Shown in pieces: positions 1 through 7,991 of a stretch of DNA of 31,487 bases. The notes beneath the pieces are model-generated. The model had not been told where the DNA came from. It did not search any database and was given only the letters and a program-made list of their open reading frames with translations. The stretch spans positions 1-31,487 of the IMG/VR virus record IMGVR_UViG_3300020045_011189. The stretch is one strand, 5' to 3'. The DNA is from a virus. Lineage: Duplodnaviria > Caudoviricetes. A program made the translations under genes and the position numbers. The stretch's first letter is position 1. Every line of letters begins with the position of its first letter.

Positions 1-179
1 TGTTGATTCTTTTTAAATAAATCAGCAAACCAATTATCTTGTTTTTTTAAAGCCCATTCATTTTTATTTTCCCATTGATTAGTTTTTTTATTTAAAACTT
101 TAGCTTTTTTTAATTTATCCACATAATCAATAAAAAATAAAACTTCTTCATTATTAAAGCCTTTTAATAGTTCTTTCAT
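1..179 (-). CDS. hypothetical phage protein (partial, runs off window)
   Basis: ATG at 179 after SD GGGGA; open frame MKELLKGFNNEEVLFFIDYVDKLKK... to position 1. Confidence 0.6.
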   Translation of the reverse strand, partial: MKELLKGFNNEEVLFFIDYVDKLKKAKVLNKKTNQWENKNEWALKKQDNWFADLFKKNQ

Positions 180-188
180 CACATCCCC

Positions 189-407
189 TTACTTAATTTC
201 TTTGATTATGTCAATCAAAACTTCTCTCATTGATTCTTTAAAATCGTAACCATTAAATAAATCTGATTCACTTAAAAACAATTTTACTTTGTCTTCAAAC
301 TCTTGTAAATCATCTGCTACTTTTTCAATTAACGAATCCCAACTAATCTCTTGACCTTTTAAAGATTCTTCTCTTTTTCTTAATGCGTTATCTACTGCAC
401 AATCCAT
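189..407 (-). CDS. hypothetical protein
   Basis: 72-aa ORF abutting the upstream gene, SD GAGG. Confidence 0.6.
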   Translation of the reverse strand: MDCAVDNALRKREESLKGQEISWDSLIEKVADDLQEFEDKVKLFLSESDLFNGYDFKESMREVLIDIIKEIK

Positions 408-620
408 TTAATTAACCTCTTTAAATACATAAGTAGTATTTTTAGTATCAATAGTAATGCAATCATTTTTAAAACTTATATTTTCTATTAATGAACTTCT
501 AAAATTTTCAAAAATAAACATTTTACCTATCCCTAATATTAAATTATCTACTTTCCAAAGACTTTTAAACCCTTTACTTTTAGTATTTGAGCAACTAATC
601 ATTTCGCATTTAAATTCCAT
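408..620 (-). CDS. hypothetical protein
   Basis: 70-aa ORF with SD AAGGGGA directly downstream of a sigma70-type promoter. Confidence 0.65.
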   Translation of the reverse strand: MEFKCEMISCSNTKSKGFKSLWKVDNLILGIGKMFIFENFRSSLIENISFKNDCITIDTKNTTYVFKEVN

Positions 621-648
621 TCAATCCCCTTTTCTTTTGATATATCCC

Positions 649-719
649 ATTATAAAACAACTCTAAACTAAAAGCAATATTTATCTTTAAATTTGTAAAA
701 AACTTTTATTTAGTGTTAC
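649..719 (-). promoter_or_regulatory. sigma70-type promoter with upstream GTAACA box
   Basis: TTGCTT(677-672)-17 bp-TATAAT(654-649); GTAACACTAAATAAAAGTTTTT starts 42 bp before the -35. Confidence 0.7.
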
Positions 720-910
720 TTTTTGGAACTTTTGTCATAAGTTTCTAAAACTTGTTTGCTCCACATATCTGTTTCTTCACATTTATCTTTAATACACCAT
801 CCTAAACCACAACCACTTATATAGTCTTTTGCATCTTGTAAATCTTGTTTTACATCTCCACTATCAAACTCATATTGTAAAATTCCAAAGGAATATACTT
901 GAATAGCCAT
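716..910 (-). CDS. hypothetical protein
   Basis: 64-aa ORF, SD AGGAG. Confidence 0.6.
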   Translation of the reverse strand: MAIQVYSFGILQYEFDSGDVKQDLQDAKDYISGCGLGWCIKDKCEETDMWSKQVLETYDKSSKK

Positions 911-912
911 TT

Positions 913-1446
913 TTAGCTCCTAAATTTTCTTTCATATAATTTTGTTTTCTTTCTAAATACTTTAATTAATCTTTGTAAGTATTCAACTGTGTAATTTCCT
1001 CTTTCTTGATTTGCTTCAATTTTTTCAATTTTTTCTAATCCTAACTTTTTAATTAAATTAATTCTGTAATTAGCCAAATTTCCAGACAAATAGTTATTGC
1101 AAATACTGCATTGAGCGAAAATATTAAGTGTATAAAATCTTAATTGTTGATTATTTCCCATTGGTCTATAATGACCAGCGTGTATTTGTCTTTCTCCTAT
1201 ATGTTCACAGCTTATACAAGGTTTATTTAAATCTCTTAATCTAATATATTTATTTGCAACTGTTTGAGCTAATTTTAAAAGTGTACTTTTATCACTTTCT
1301 TTAAACTCTTTTTTTACTTTTCTAGCTTTCTTTTCTCTTGTAACTTTATTATGTTCTTGTATGCACTCTGTTTTAAAGCAGAAAGGCTGTAATGAATTAA
1401 ACGGAGTGAAAGTATCTTTACAGTACCTACACTTCTTTTGCTTCAA
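913..1446 (-). CDS. ninG: NinG/Rap-family recombination endonuclease
   Basis: Motifs KKCRYC, YIRLRD..PCISC, HAGHYR, LRF...NIFAQCSICNNYLSGN; start more likely TTG at 1446 than ATG at 1500. Confidence 0.85.
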   Translation of the reverse strand: MKQKKCRYCKDTFTPFNSLQPFCFKTECIQEHNKVTREKKARKVKKEFKESDKSTLLKLAQTVANKYIRLRDLNKPCISCEHIGERQIHAGHYRPMGNNQQLRFYTLNIFAQCSICNNYLSGNLANYRINLIKKLGLEKIEKIEANQERGNYTVEYLQRLIKVFRKKTKLYERKFRS

Positions 1447-1771
1447 AATAACACCCGTAAAATCTTTTACAATTACTACATATTTCTTGATATGTTCCAT
1501 CTATTTTGTTTTTACAATCTTCACAACTTGTAAATGTAAAATTATTATCAACATAACTACAAGCTATCGGCTTACAAAAAGAACAACCACATTCTATATG
1601 ATGGTCTTTTGATAATTGTTTTTTTAGTCTTATGTTTTCTTTTTGTAGCAATTCTAAATTTTCTACTAATAATATAAAATTGTATCTAGCTAAATGCAAA
1701 ACTTCAATTGGAGTATTAATAAAATATCCAGTATCTTTATCAAATTTATTTATTAATTTTTCTCTATTCAT
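1427..1771 (-). CDS. hypothetical Cys-rich protein
   Basis: GGAGG SD places start at ATG 1771 (MNREKL...); C-terminal CxxC motifs. Confidence 0.55.
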   Translation of the reverse strand: MNREKLINKFDKDTGYFINTPIEVLHLARYNFILLVENLELLQKENIRLKKQLSKDHHIECGCSFCKPIACSYVDNNFTFTSCEDCKNKIDGTYQEICSNCKRFYGCYFEAKEV

Positions 1772-2015
1772 TAAATAATCCTCCATCTTCATTTTCATAT
1801 TCCAAAGACTCTTTTTTATAAAAATTACAGCCCTCACACTTAAACACATCAAGTTCATACATTAGACTTAAGCTATGAGTACAAACATAATCTAGTTTTT
1901 TAGTAGCTCCAACAAATAAACAAGTTTTACATTTGTATTTGTTTTTGTCTTCATAGTCGTTTAAATAATCTTCAATGTTTGTTTGGTCTTTGTGTATTAT
2001 TATTTCATTATTCAC
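1764..2015 (-). CDS. hypothetical Cys-rich protein
   Basis: GTG start after AGGAG; CKTC and CEGC motifs. Confidence 0.6.
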   Translation of the reverse strand: MNNEIIIHKDQTNIEDYLNDYEDKNKYKCKTCLFVGATKKLDYVCTHSLSLMYELDVFKCEGCNFYKKESLEYENEDGGLFNE

Positions 2016-2220
2016 AATACTCTCCTAATTTTTCAATATTACTACAAGGTAAATTATTATCACTTCGATTTAATGCTTTTCTAAGTGAATCTTTTTCCCT
2101 CACCTTATCTCTCTTTTTTTCATTGCAACTTCCACAAGTATCAACAGTTGCATTAACTACATTTAAATCGTATGTTCTTTTACATTTAGTGCATTGATTT
2201 AGTTATAATTTTCTTTTCAT
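2008..2220 (-). pseudogene. small Zn-finger protein gene with in-frame TAA at codon 6
   Basis: SD AGAGGA and ATGA overlap with upstream gene; reads MKRKL*LNQCTKC...CGSC...GEYCE* (stop at 2203-2205). Confidence 0.55.
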
Positions 2221-2390
2221 TTATTCCTCTTTATGTACCAAATACAATCAATAGCTTTATCAGCTTTTGAAGATTTAGCTTTTTTATTTTCTTCAATAAT
2301 TTTTAACTTACAATTTAATTCATCTAAGTAAACTGAATTTATACAATCTTTACAATCATATATTTGTTGTACTTTTACTTTTTTAGCCAC
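2217..2390 (-). CDS. hypothetical 57-aa protein (not in ORF track)
   Basis: GTG start, MAKKVKVQQIYDCKDC...WYIKRNK*, overlapping stop/start with both neighbours. Confidence 0.55.
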   Translation of the reverse strand: MAKKVKVQQIYDCKDCINSVYLDELNCKLKIIEENKKAKSSKADKAIDCIWYIKRNK

Positions 2391-2433
2391 TATTTAATCA
2401 AATCTTTAATGGCATCATAGAAAGATTCTTCTT

Positions 2434-2604
2434 TCATTTCGCGTCCATTATTAGCTCTAAATCAAATACATATAACTCTAACCCTTTAGCTAGTTGCACT
2501 CTCAATTCTTCATCAAACATTTCATTATGTTTTAATTCTTCAACCTCTTTTTTATATCTTTCAATTAAAAACTTAATTGATATTATTTTTGCTTTATCGC
2601 TCAT
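2434..2604 (-). CDS. hypothetical 56-aa protein (not in ORF track)
   Basis: SD AAGGA, MSDKAKIISIKFLIERYKKE...MDAK*, first gene after a promoter. Confidence 0.6.
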   Translation of the reverse strand: MSDKAKIISIKFLIERYKKEVEELKHNEMFDEELRVQLAKGLELYVFDLELIMDAK

Positions 2605-2622
2605 AATCTTCCTTTTTATTTT

Positions 2623-2707
2623 ATTATTGCAAATTTAAACTATTTTGTAAAGTTTTCCCTATTATTGATTGAGTAAAACTTTTATTTTGTTACTTTTATT
2701 TTGTTAC
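2623..2707 (-). promoter_or_regulatory. promoter with tandem GTAACAAAATAAAA boxes
   Basis: TTTACA(2651-2646)-17-AATAAT with upstream TG; 14-bp tandem repeat, proximal copy starts 42 bp before the -35. Confidence 0.55.
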
Positions 2708-2711
2708 TTTT

Positions 2712-2939
2712 TTACTCGATAATTAAAGTATTATTTTGAAATGTAATACTTTTTATTCCTAAATGTAAAGATGCCATACAAGCATTTCTAAAAAAATCTT
2801 TATGCTCTGGACTAAAAATAACATTCGGAATATCTTTTGTTACTATCTTATTTATATTACAATAATCAATTATTTCATTTATTTTTTCTTCGTCTTTTCT
2901 ATATGGTATTGGCATTATTTTTATAATTTCACTTCTCAC
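2712..2939 (-). CDS. hypothetical protein
   Basis: GTG start after SD AAGGGGA, downstream of a promoter. Confidence 0.55.
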   Translation of the reverse strand: MRSEIIKIMPIPYRKDEEKINEIIDYCNINKIVTKDIPNVIFSPEHKDFFRNACMASLHLGIKSITFQNNTLIIE

Positions 2940-2968
2940 ATTGTCCCCTTAATTTTTTTCTTAATCCC

Positions 2969-3039
2969 ATAATAACAACATTTCAAAAACATAGCAACAA
3001 AATAAACAAAATTTATTAAAAACTTTTATTTAGTGTTAC
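2969..3039 (-). promoter_or_regulatory. sigma70-type promoter with upstream GTAACA box
   Basis: TTGCTA(2997-2992)-17-TATTAT(2974-2969); 22-bp box identical to the one at 698-719. Confidence 0.7.
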
Positions 3040-3382
3040 ATAATGTTACTTTTTTATTATGATAATTTTGTCTAGCTAAGTTTTTTTGATGAATGCTACT
3101 ACATTTATCGCTACAAGTGCATTTAATAGCGTGGCTTGTTTTAAACTCTACTTTGCAAATCACGCAAACTCTATTATCTGGATTTACTCTTCTTTTTAAT
3201 TTTCTATTTGCACTATAAGTTTCTTTTCTTTTTAATAGTTTCTTCTTTAATTTTCTAGTTGTATTATATACATCTTTTTTAAAATGATAAGCTTCTCTTT
3301 GTTCTTGCTTTAAGCAATCAGTACATAATCTTCTTTTTCTATTATGAGTTATTTCTGAGTTACATTGTTTGCATAGATTCAC
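3026..3382 (-). CDS. hypothetical Zn-finger protein
   Basis: CKQC/CTDC and CVIC/CSDKC motifs, basic. Confidence 0.6.
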   Translation of the reverse strand: MNLCKQCNSEITHNRKRRLCTDCLKQEQREAYHFKKDVYNTTRKLKKKLLKRKETYSANRKLKRRVNPDNRVCVICKVEFKTSHAIKCTCSDKCSSIHQKNLARQNYHNKKVTLCNTK

Positions 3383-3872
3383 TTTTAAAACCTTTATTAA
3401 CTATCCTTAATCCTTTTTTATTGATACATCTATTTTTAACTGGCATAGCAGCTTTTTTAATAATTTGTTTTCTATCGATAGATTCTTTTATAAAACATTC
3501 TAAAGTCATACTATTATCATAATAAAAACTTTTATTTTTATTAACTATATAACTTTTGTCTATATCTTTTTTTAATTTTACTATCATTATTTCTTTTTTA
3601 TTTGTATTTATTTCAAACTTAATTAAAAATTTTTTATTATCAATATCATTTTGTCTAAAAGTATATATATAAACTCCATTATATTTTATACTTTCAATTA
3701 AATATTTTGACATTATTTTTATGACATCATCTGGTATTATGAAAGCAAAAGATAATCTTATAAATTGCATTTTTTTATCAATAATAACTTTCCATTTTTC
3801 CATATCTGCATTAATTATAAAAGTTCTTGATTCTAAATCTCGCAACTCTTCTATATTTATTGTTTTTTTCAT
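3360..3872 (-). CDS. hypothetical protein
   Basis: 170-aa ORF in co-directional operon. Confidence 0.55.
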   Translation of the reverse strand: MKKTINIEELRDLESRTFIINADMEKWKVIIDKKMQFIRLSFAFIIPDDVIKIMSKYLIESIKYNGVYIYTFRQNDIDNKKFLIKFEINTNKKEIMIVKLKKDIDKSYIVNKNKSFYYDNSMTLECFIKESIDRKQIIKKAAMPVKNRCINKKGLRIVNKGFKSESMQTM

Positions 3873-3881
3873 TTTCTTACC

Positions 3882-4352
3882 TTACCTATAATCATTTACA
3901 ATATTAAAAACTTTTTCCAAAGTCTTAACCGATTTTAGTGAGTCCATTCTAAAATTTTGCTTGTATATCTCGTATCTTTTATAAAACATAGTTTCAATCA
4001 TTTTAGGTGTAATAACTACGAATGAATAGCTTTTGGTTACTCCATCATTTCTTTTAATCTTAATATCTTTTTTACTTGTCAAATTATATTCTCTAAGTAA
4101 TAATTTTAAATGTGTACTTACTGAATTTGTAAATCCAAGTTTATTGATAGGTATTTTTCTATTATGCTTTATTTTTCCTATTTCTATTACTACATAATTC
4201 CAGTTCTCTTTTTGTTTAAGATGTTTTTGTTTTGCAATATCTTTAGAAATGTTATTTTTTATTTTTTTATTTTCAGTTACACATTCATCACTACAATAAA
4301 TCCATCTTTTTGTATCTGCTATTTCTTTGTTGCATATTTTACATAGTTTCAT
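3882..4352 (-). CDS. hypothetical Zn-finger protein
   Basis: N-terminal CKIC...YCSDEC motif. Confidence 0.6.
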   Translation of the reverse strand: MKLCKICNKEIADTKRWIYCSDECVTENKKIKNNISKDIAKQKHLKQKENWNYVVIEIGKIKHNRKIPINKLGFTNSVSTHLKLLLREYNLTSKKDIKIKRNDGVTKSYSFVVITPKMIETMFYKRYEIYKQNFRMDSLKSVKTLEKVFNIVNDYR

Positions 4353-4375
4353 TAATAAAATCCTATCTTAATTCC

Positions 4376-4801
4376 TTACATAAAAATTACTATTTCTGCA
4401 AGTTTTTCATCTTCTTTGTTTTGCTTTGTAATTGCAAATGGAACTTTATTTTGTTTTACAAGTTTTATAAATTCATCTGATAATTTAAATAATCTAGCTC
4501 TATTGCTAGATAGCTTAATACAATCGTATTTTTTACCAAGTCTTTCATTTACAAATAAATAAGAATCGCTTAATCCAAGTTCTTTACATAAAGGAACAAA
4601 AGGAATATAACTTGATAAATCAATACATTTTAATCCGTATGGTTTATCTTCATCAGCTAAATTATCTTTATTCATATATGCAAATGAACCTAAATTATTA
4701 ATATATGGTCTTTTGTTTGCATTTGAATAAAAAGTATTTTTTGTTTTTCCTTTTACTTCTGCTAAATCTGAAATAGAAATGCAGTTCGTTAATAGTGTCA
4801 T
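4376..4801 (-). CDS. hypothetical protein, possible HTH DNA-binding
   Basis: ISDLAEVKGKTKNTFY and LCKELGLSDSYL resemble HTH recognition helices; TAATG overlap with methylase stop. Confidence 0.55.
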   Translation of the reverse strand: MTLLTNCISISDLAEVKGKTKNTFYSNANKRPYINNLGSFAYMNKDNLADEDKPYGLKCIDLSSYIPFVPLCKELGLSDSYLFVNERLGKKYDCIKLSSNRARLFKLSDEFIKLVKQNKVPFAITKQNKEDEKLAEIVIFM

Positions 4802-5424
4802 TATGAATCCTTATTAGCTTCATAAAAAGCCTTAGCAAATCCATCGCTACACATACTTCTTAAACTCATATCATCATTAATTTTATCCCAAGCCCATTGA
4901 TATTCAGTCATTTTAAATTTATCATTTTTATGTAAATATGCTAAACAAGGCTTATCTCTATCTTTTCTTTTCCATAAATCCAATTTATTAGGTACATCTA
5001 TCCACTTATAATAAATTTTATCAGGCATATTAAAATTACCCCATAAAGCTGTTTGTTTACTCCAAGAGCTACCAAAGTGCCAAGGTTGATATATTGATTT
5101 GGGTTTCCCTAAAATCTCTTTTAATCTTCCTTTTGCTGGATTTTCTAATATCCAAAATTTAGGACTAGATTCTTTAATTATTCTCAAACAATGATTTACT
5201 AAAAACATTCCACCTTCTAAATTGCCAACTTTATTAAATCCTGCAACTGTTGAGAATTCAGTACATACTGGATTAGCAATAATTCCAAATACATTTTTAG
5301 GTGGATGATAATTTTCTACTCCAATATCTTTACCAATTTTTATAACTTCAAATTCATTATCCAATTGGAAATATCTGCTATCACTTCCAATATCTGCACA
5401 TAAATGTAGTATTATTTTTTTCAT
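4801..5424 (-). CDS. phage DNA cytosine-5 methyltransferase (short Dcm-like)
   Basis: Motif I-like ILHLCADIGSDS, catalytic ANPVCTEFS, ENP, K.T.LWG. Confidence 0.75.
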   Translation of the reverse strand: MKKIILHLCADIGSDSRYFQLDNEFEVIKIGKDIGVENYHPPKNVFGIIANPVCTEFSTVAGFNKVGNLEGGMFLVNHCLRIIKESSPKFWILENPAKGRLKEILGKPKSIYQPWHFGSSWSKQTALWGNFNMPDKIYYKWIDVPNKLDLWKRKDRDKPCLAYLHKNDKFKMTEYQWAWDKINDDMSLRSMCSDGFAKAFYEANKDS

Positions 5425-6065
5425 AATTTACCCCTTAAGCTTTCACTATTTAAAGTTACTCTACTAATTTTATTATCTTTTAATCTATCCGTTACCCTAT
5501 CACCTAAAAATTGCTTAAATTCATCTGTTTCTAAATTAGAAATATAAATAGTTGGAAGTAGCTCATTGTATCTGTAACTAATTAACTCTTCTAATTGTAT
5601 TTTTTGCCAGTCTTGTAATTCTCTTTTTCCTATTTCATCTAATACCAGTATATCAACCTTTTTAAAGCCATTAAACGAGTCAAACTTTTTTTGTGTATAA
5701 AGTTCCAATAATTCAAATTCTGTCACATATCGGCAGTATATGAGTGCTTTATGTATGATATTATTAATAAGTCCGATTGATAAATGAGTTTTTCCAGTTC
5801 CAACACTTCCAATGATTAATAAATCTGACATTTCATTCACTTGCTTTTTACTAAAACAATTTTTCATTTTATCAACTAATTTGACTTGATAATCATTTAT
5901 TGGTTCGGGTTTTGCATTTTCATATCTCTTTGGAATATTTGCAAACTCTAAAATGTTAGTTATTCTAGTGCTTTTAAATTCATTTTCTTGTTTTTCTTTT
6001 TCTAATCTATCAAGTTCTTTTTGTTCGTTTGTAATTGGTGTTATTAGCTGTTTAATATCTTGCAT
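5421..6065 (-). CDS. DnaC/IstB-like AAA+ helicase loader
   Basis: Walker A GSVGTGKT, Walker B LVLDEIG, PTIYISN, R..DRL, SLR; follows initiator. Confidence 0.9.
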   Translation of the reverse strand: MQDIKQLITPITNEQKELDRLEKEKQENEFKSTRITNILEFANIPKRYENAKPEPINDYQVKLVDKMKNCFSKKQVNEMSDLLIIGSVGTGKTHLSIGLINNIIHKALIYCRYVTEFELLELYTQKKFDSFNGFKKVDILVLDEIGKRELQDWQKIQLEELISYRYNELLPTIYISNLETDEFKQFLGDRVTDRLKDNKISRVTLNSESLRGKL

Positions 6066-6832
6066 TAAAATTCCTCATCATCACGATTAGTATCGTAAGT
6101 TTTTCCACTTAAATCCAAAGTACTTTTAGCTACTACTTGATTTAAATATCCTTCGAACTTATTACTAAATAATGTTTCAGGTCTTAGGTATGCACTCATT
6201 TTTTTATCTTTTAACCATTCAGTAGTTTTTTTATCAATTACTATTTTAAAATCTTCAAAATTAAATCCATCATTAAATCTAGCTTTTATTAAATCTTTAG
6301 TTTTACTACTAGTAGATTTATATTTTGTATTTGCTTTTACATTTAGATAATTAACTATTTCAGAAAAAGGATATATATATTTATTCTCTTCTTGTCTTAT
6401 CTCTTCTCTTCTCTTCTCTTCTTGCATGACTTTATCATGACTATCTACTGATTTAATCATGATTGAGTCATGATTTTGTTCTTTTATCTGCGAGATTAAG
6501 TTTCTAAATTTAGAATTTGAAGTCATACTTTGGTCTAGTCTTTTAGCTAAAGCATAACAAGCTAACTTATTATTTTTAGTAATACTAAATAGTTCTAATT
6601 TAATCATTTTTTGCATCATATCTTTCGTTTCTTGAACTGTTAAATTCAAATTTCTTGCTATTATTCTAGCATCATGTTCTAATTCAAAAGTAATATTTGC
6701 ATCACTAATGTTTTGAGCAATTAACTCTACACAATACCAATATAAACCATAACCGCTTGCACCATAATCAAGTAATAATTCTTGAAGTTTTGCATCTATT
6801 GAAGCATCTGTGTCATGCTTAAACCATTTGAT
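6065..6832 (-). CDS. phage replication initiator (N-terminal DUF4373/Lin1244-like, conserved phage C-terminal domain), probable ATC start
   Basis: Frame is open upstream of 6649: IKWFKHDTDASIDAKLQELLLDYGASGYGLYWYCVELI; C-terminal YLRPETLFSNKFEGYLNQ; SD GGAGG 6 nt before ATC at 6832, in-frame TAG at 6847-6845. Confidence 0.8.
   Translation of the reverse strand: MKWFKHDTDASIDAKLQELLLDYGASGYGLYWYCVELIAQNISDANITFELEHDARIIARNLNLTVQETKDMMQKMIKLELFSITKNNKLACYALAKRLDQSMTSNSKFRNLISQIKEQNHDSIMIKSVDSHDKVMQEEKRREEIRQEENKYIYPFSEIVNYLNVKANTKYKSTSSKTKDLIKARFNDGFNFEDFKIVIDKKTTEWLKDKKMSAYLRPETLFSNKFEGYLNQVVAKSTLDLSGKTYDTNRDDEEF
6400..6478. repeat. probable replication origin: 11-bp-phased iterons plus (CTCTT)n tract
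   Basis: CATGA cores at 6425, 6436, 6458, 6469 (degenerate at 6447) next to a pyrimidine tract, inside the initiator gene as in lambdoid phages. Confidence 0.65.
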
Positions 6833-7349
6833 AACACACCTCCTCTAGTAATTTAGAACCTTTTCTTCTATTGCATCTTACACAAGCCATTTTACAATTA
6901 TCTTTTTTATGTTTACCGCCTTTTGATATTGGTAAAACATGGTCTAATTCCATTTTTTTAAATTCAAAATTTTGATTACAAATATAGCAAATTCCATTTT
7001 GTTCATTATATAGCTCGAGAGGACTAACATTTTCAACAAAAGCTAATTTTTTTAAAGCATATCTTTTTTGCGTATATTTTCTATATGATGATTGTCCAGA
7101 TTCTGTTTTTAAATATTCTTTTCTTTTTTGCTTGTGATGTTCTTTATTTAACTCCATACTTTTTTTAACTATACTTTTTCTTTTTTCTTTATTTTTTTCT
7201 CTATACTCTTTTTCATAATTTGCTCTATTTTCTTTATTTAATGATAAAGAATCACATTGTTTACATCTTGGCTTATATCCTATTTTACTATGTTTATCTT
7301 TATAAAATAAACTAACATCTTTTTCTTCTTTGCAATAACAACATATCAT
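6819..7349 (-). CDS. HNH homing endonuclease
   Basis: N-terminal CCYC..CKQC finger, charged helix, C-terminal CYIC..ELDHVLPISKGGKH..DN..ACVRCNRRKG. Confidence 0.9.
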   Translation of the reverse strand: MICCYCKEEKDVSLFYKDKHSKIGYKPRCKQCDSLSLNKENRANYEKEYREKNKEKRKSIVKKSMELNKEHHKQKRKEYLKTESGQSSYRKYTQKRYALKKLAFVENVSPLELYNEQNGICYICNQNFEFKKMELDHVLPISKGGKHKKDNCKMACVRCNRRKGSKLLEEVCYQMV

Positions 7350-7376
7350 AGAATGCCCCTAGAAATTAATTTATGA

Positions 7377-7399
7377 ATTATATCATAAGTTTGTTTAAA
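7377..7399 (-). promoter_or_regulatory. extended -10 promoter for HNH
   Basis: TTTAAACAAACTTA-TG-A-TATAAT. Confidence 0.6.
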
Positions 7400-7407
7400 C
7401 CACTTCA

Positions 7408-7764
7408 TTATTTAATCTCGTTTGAATTATTTATAATTGATTCAATTTGTTTTAAATCTTCAAAAGACAAATTACTTAAGTTTTGTTCGTATCTTAACTT
7501 AAATAAAAATTTTTGACTCCAAAGATAGTTAAGGGCATCTTGTTTTGTAATGAATAAAATTCCACTACAATTGTGCTTATCCCATTGATTGTCTAACCTA
7601 ATCTTTTCATTCAAAAAAATAGCATTAGCAGAACTAAGATTAATTAATTTTTTAGATATCAAAGACTCCTCATCTGTTTTACTTCTTGACTTATTGTTTC
7701 CAGTTGGTAGAATCCAAATATCTTGATTGATATTTTGTTTAAGTTGTTTTCTTGTAGCAATCAT
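7408..7764 (-). CDS. hypothetical protein
   Basis: 118-aa ORF coupled by TAATG overlaps on both sides. Confidence 0.6.
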   Translation of the reverse strand: MIATRKQLKQNINQDIWILPTGNNKSRSKTDEESLISKKLINLSSANAIFLNEKIRLDNQWDKHNCSGILFITKQDALNYLWSQKFLFKLRYEQNLSNLSFEDLKQIESIINNSNEIK

Positions 7765-7982
7765 TATTTCTCACCTTTATAAATATAAGTTGCATAACTA
7801 ACTAGCTCACTAAATCTATTGGTAGTCTTAGTCATTTTAGTTTCTATGTTGTGATTTTCTCTTAGCTTGTAAATAGTATCTGATAATCTATATACAGATA
7901 ATTCCATTAGAGAAACAAGTGGATTAATACTTCCGTTTTCTTTTAAGTAATTTAATACTCTTTGTTGTTGAGTTTGACTCAT
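7764..7982 (-). CDS. phage winged helix-turn-helix protein
   Basis: TQQQRVLNYLKENGSINPL...YRLSDTIYKLR...IET pattern; SD AGGAG. Confidence 0.8.
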   Translation of the reverse strand: MSQTQQQRVLNYLKENGSINPLVSLMELSVYRLSDTIYKLRENHNIETKMTKTTNRFSELVSYATYIYKGEK

Positions 7983-7991
7983 TTTGTACTC

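Noticed and set aside
2203-4378. Stop-codon reassignment (TAA read as sense)
   Set aside because: TAA terminates most conserved genes at expected lengths and no suppressor tRNA is seen.
6830-6845. prfB-like +1 frameshift fusing HNH to the initiator at GTT TAA
   Set aside because: The SD is 14 nt from the shift site rather than about 3; its spacing fits initiation at ATC better.
6819-7408. Group I/II intron explanation for the HNH insertions
   Set aside because: Non-HNH sequence in each insert is under 100 nt and AT-rich, too little for a ribozyme core.
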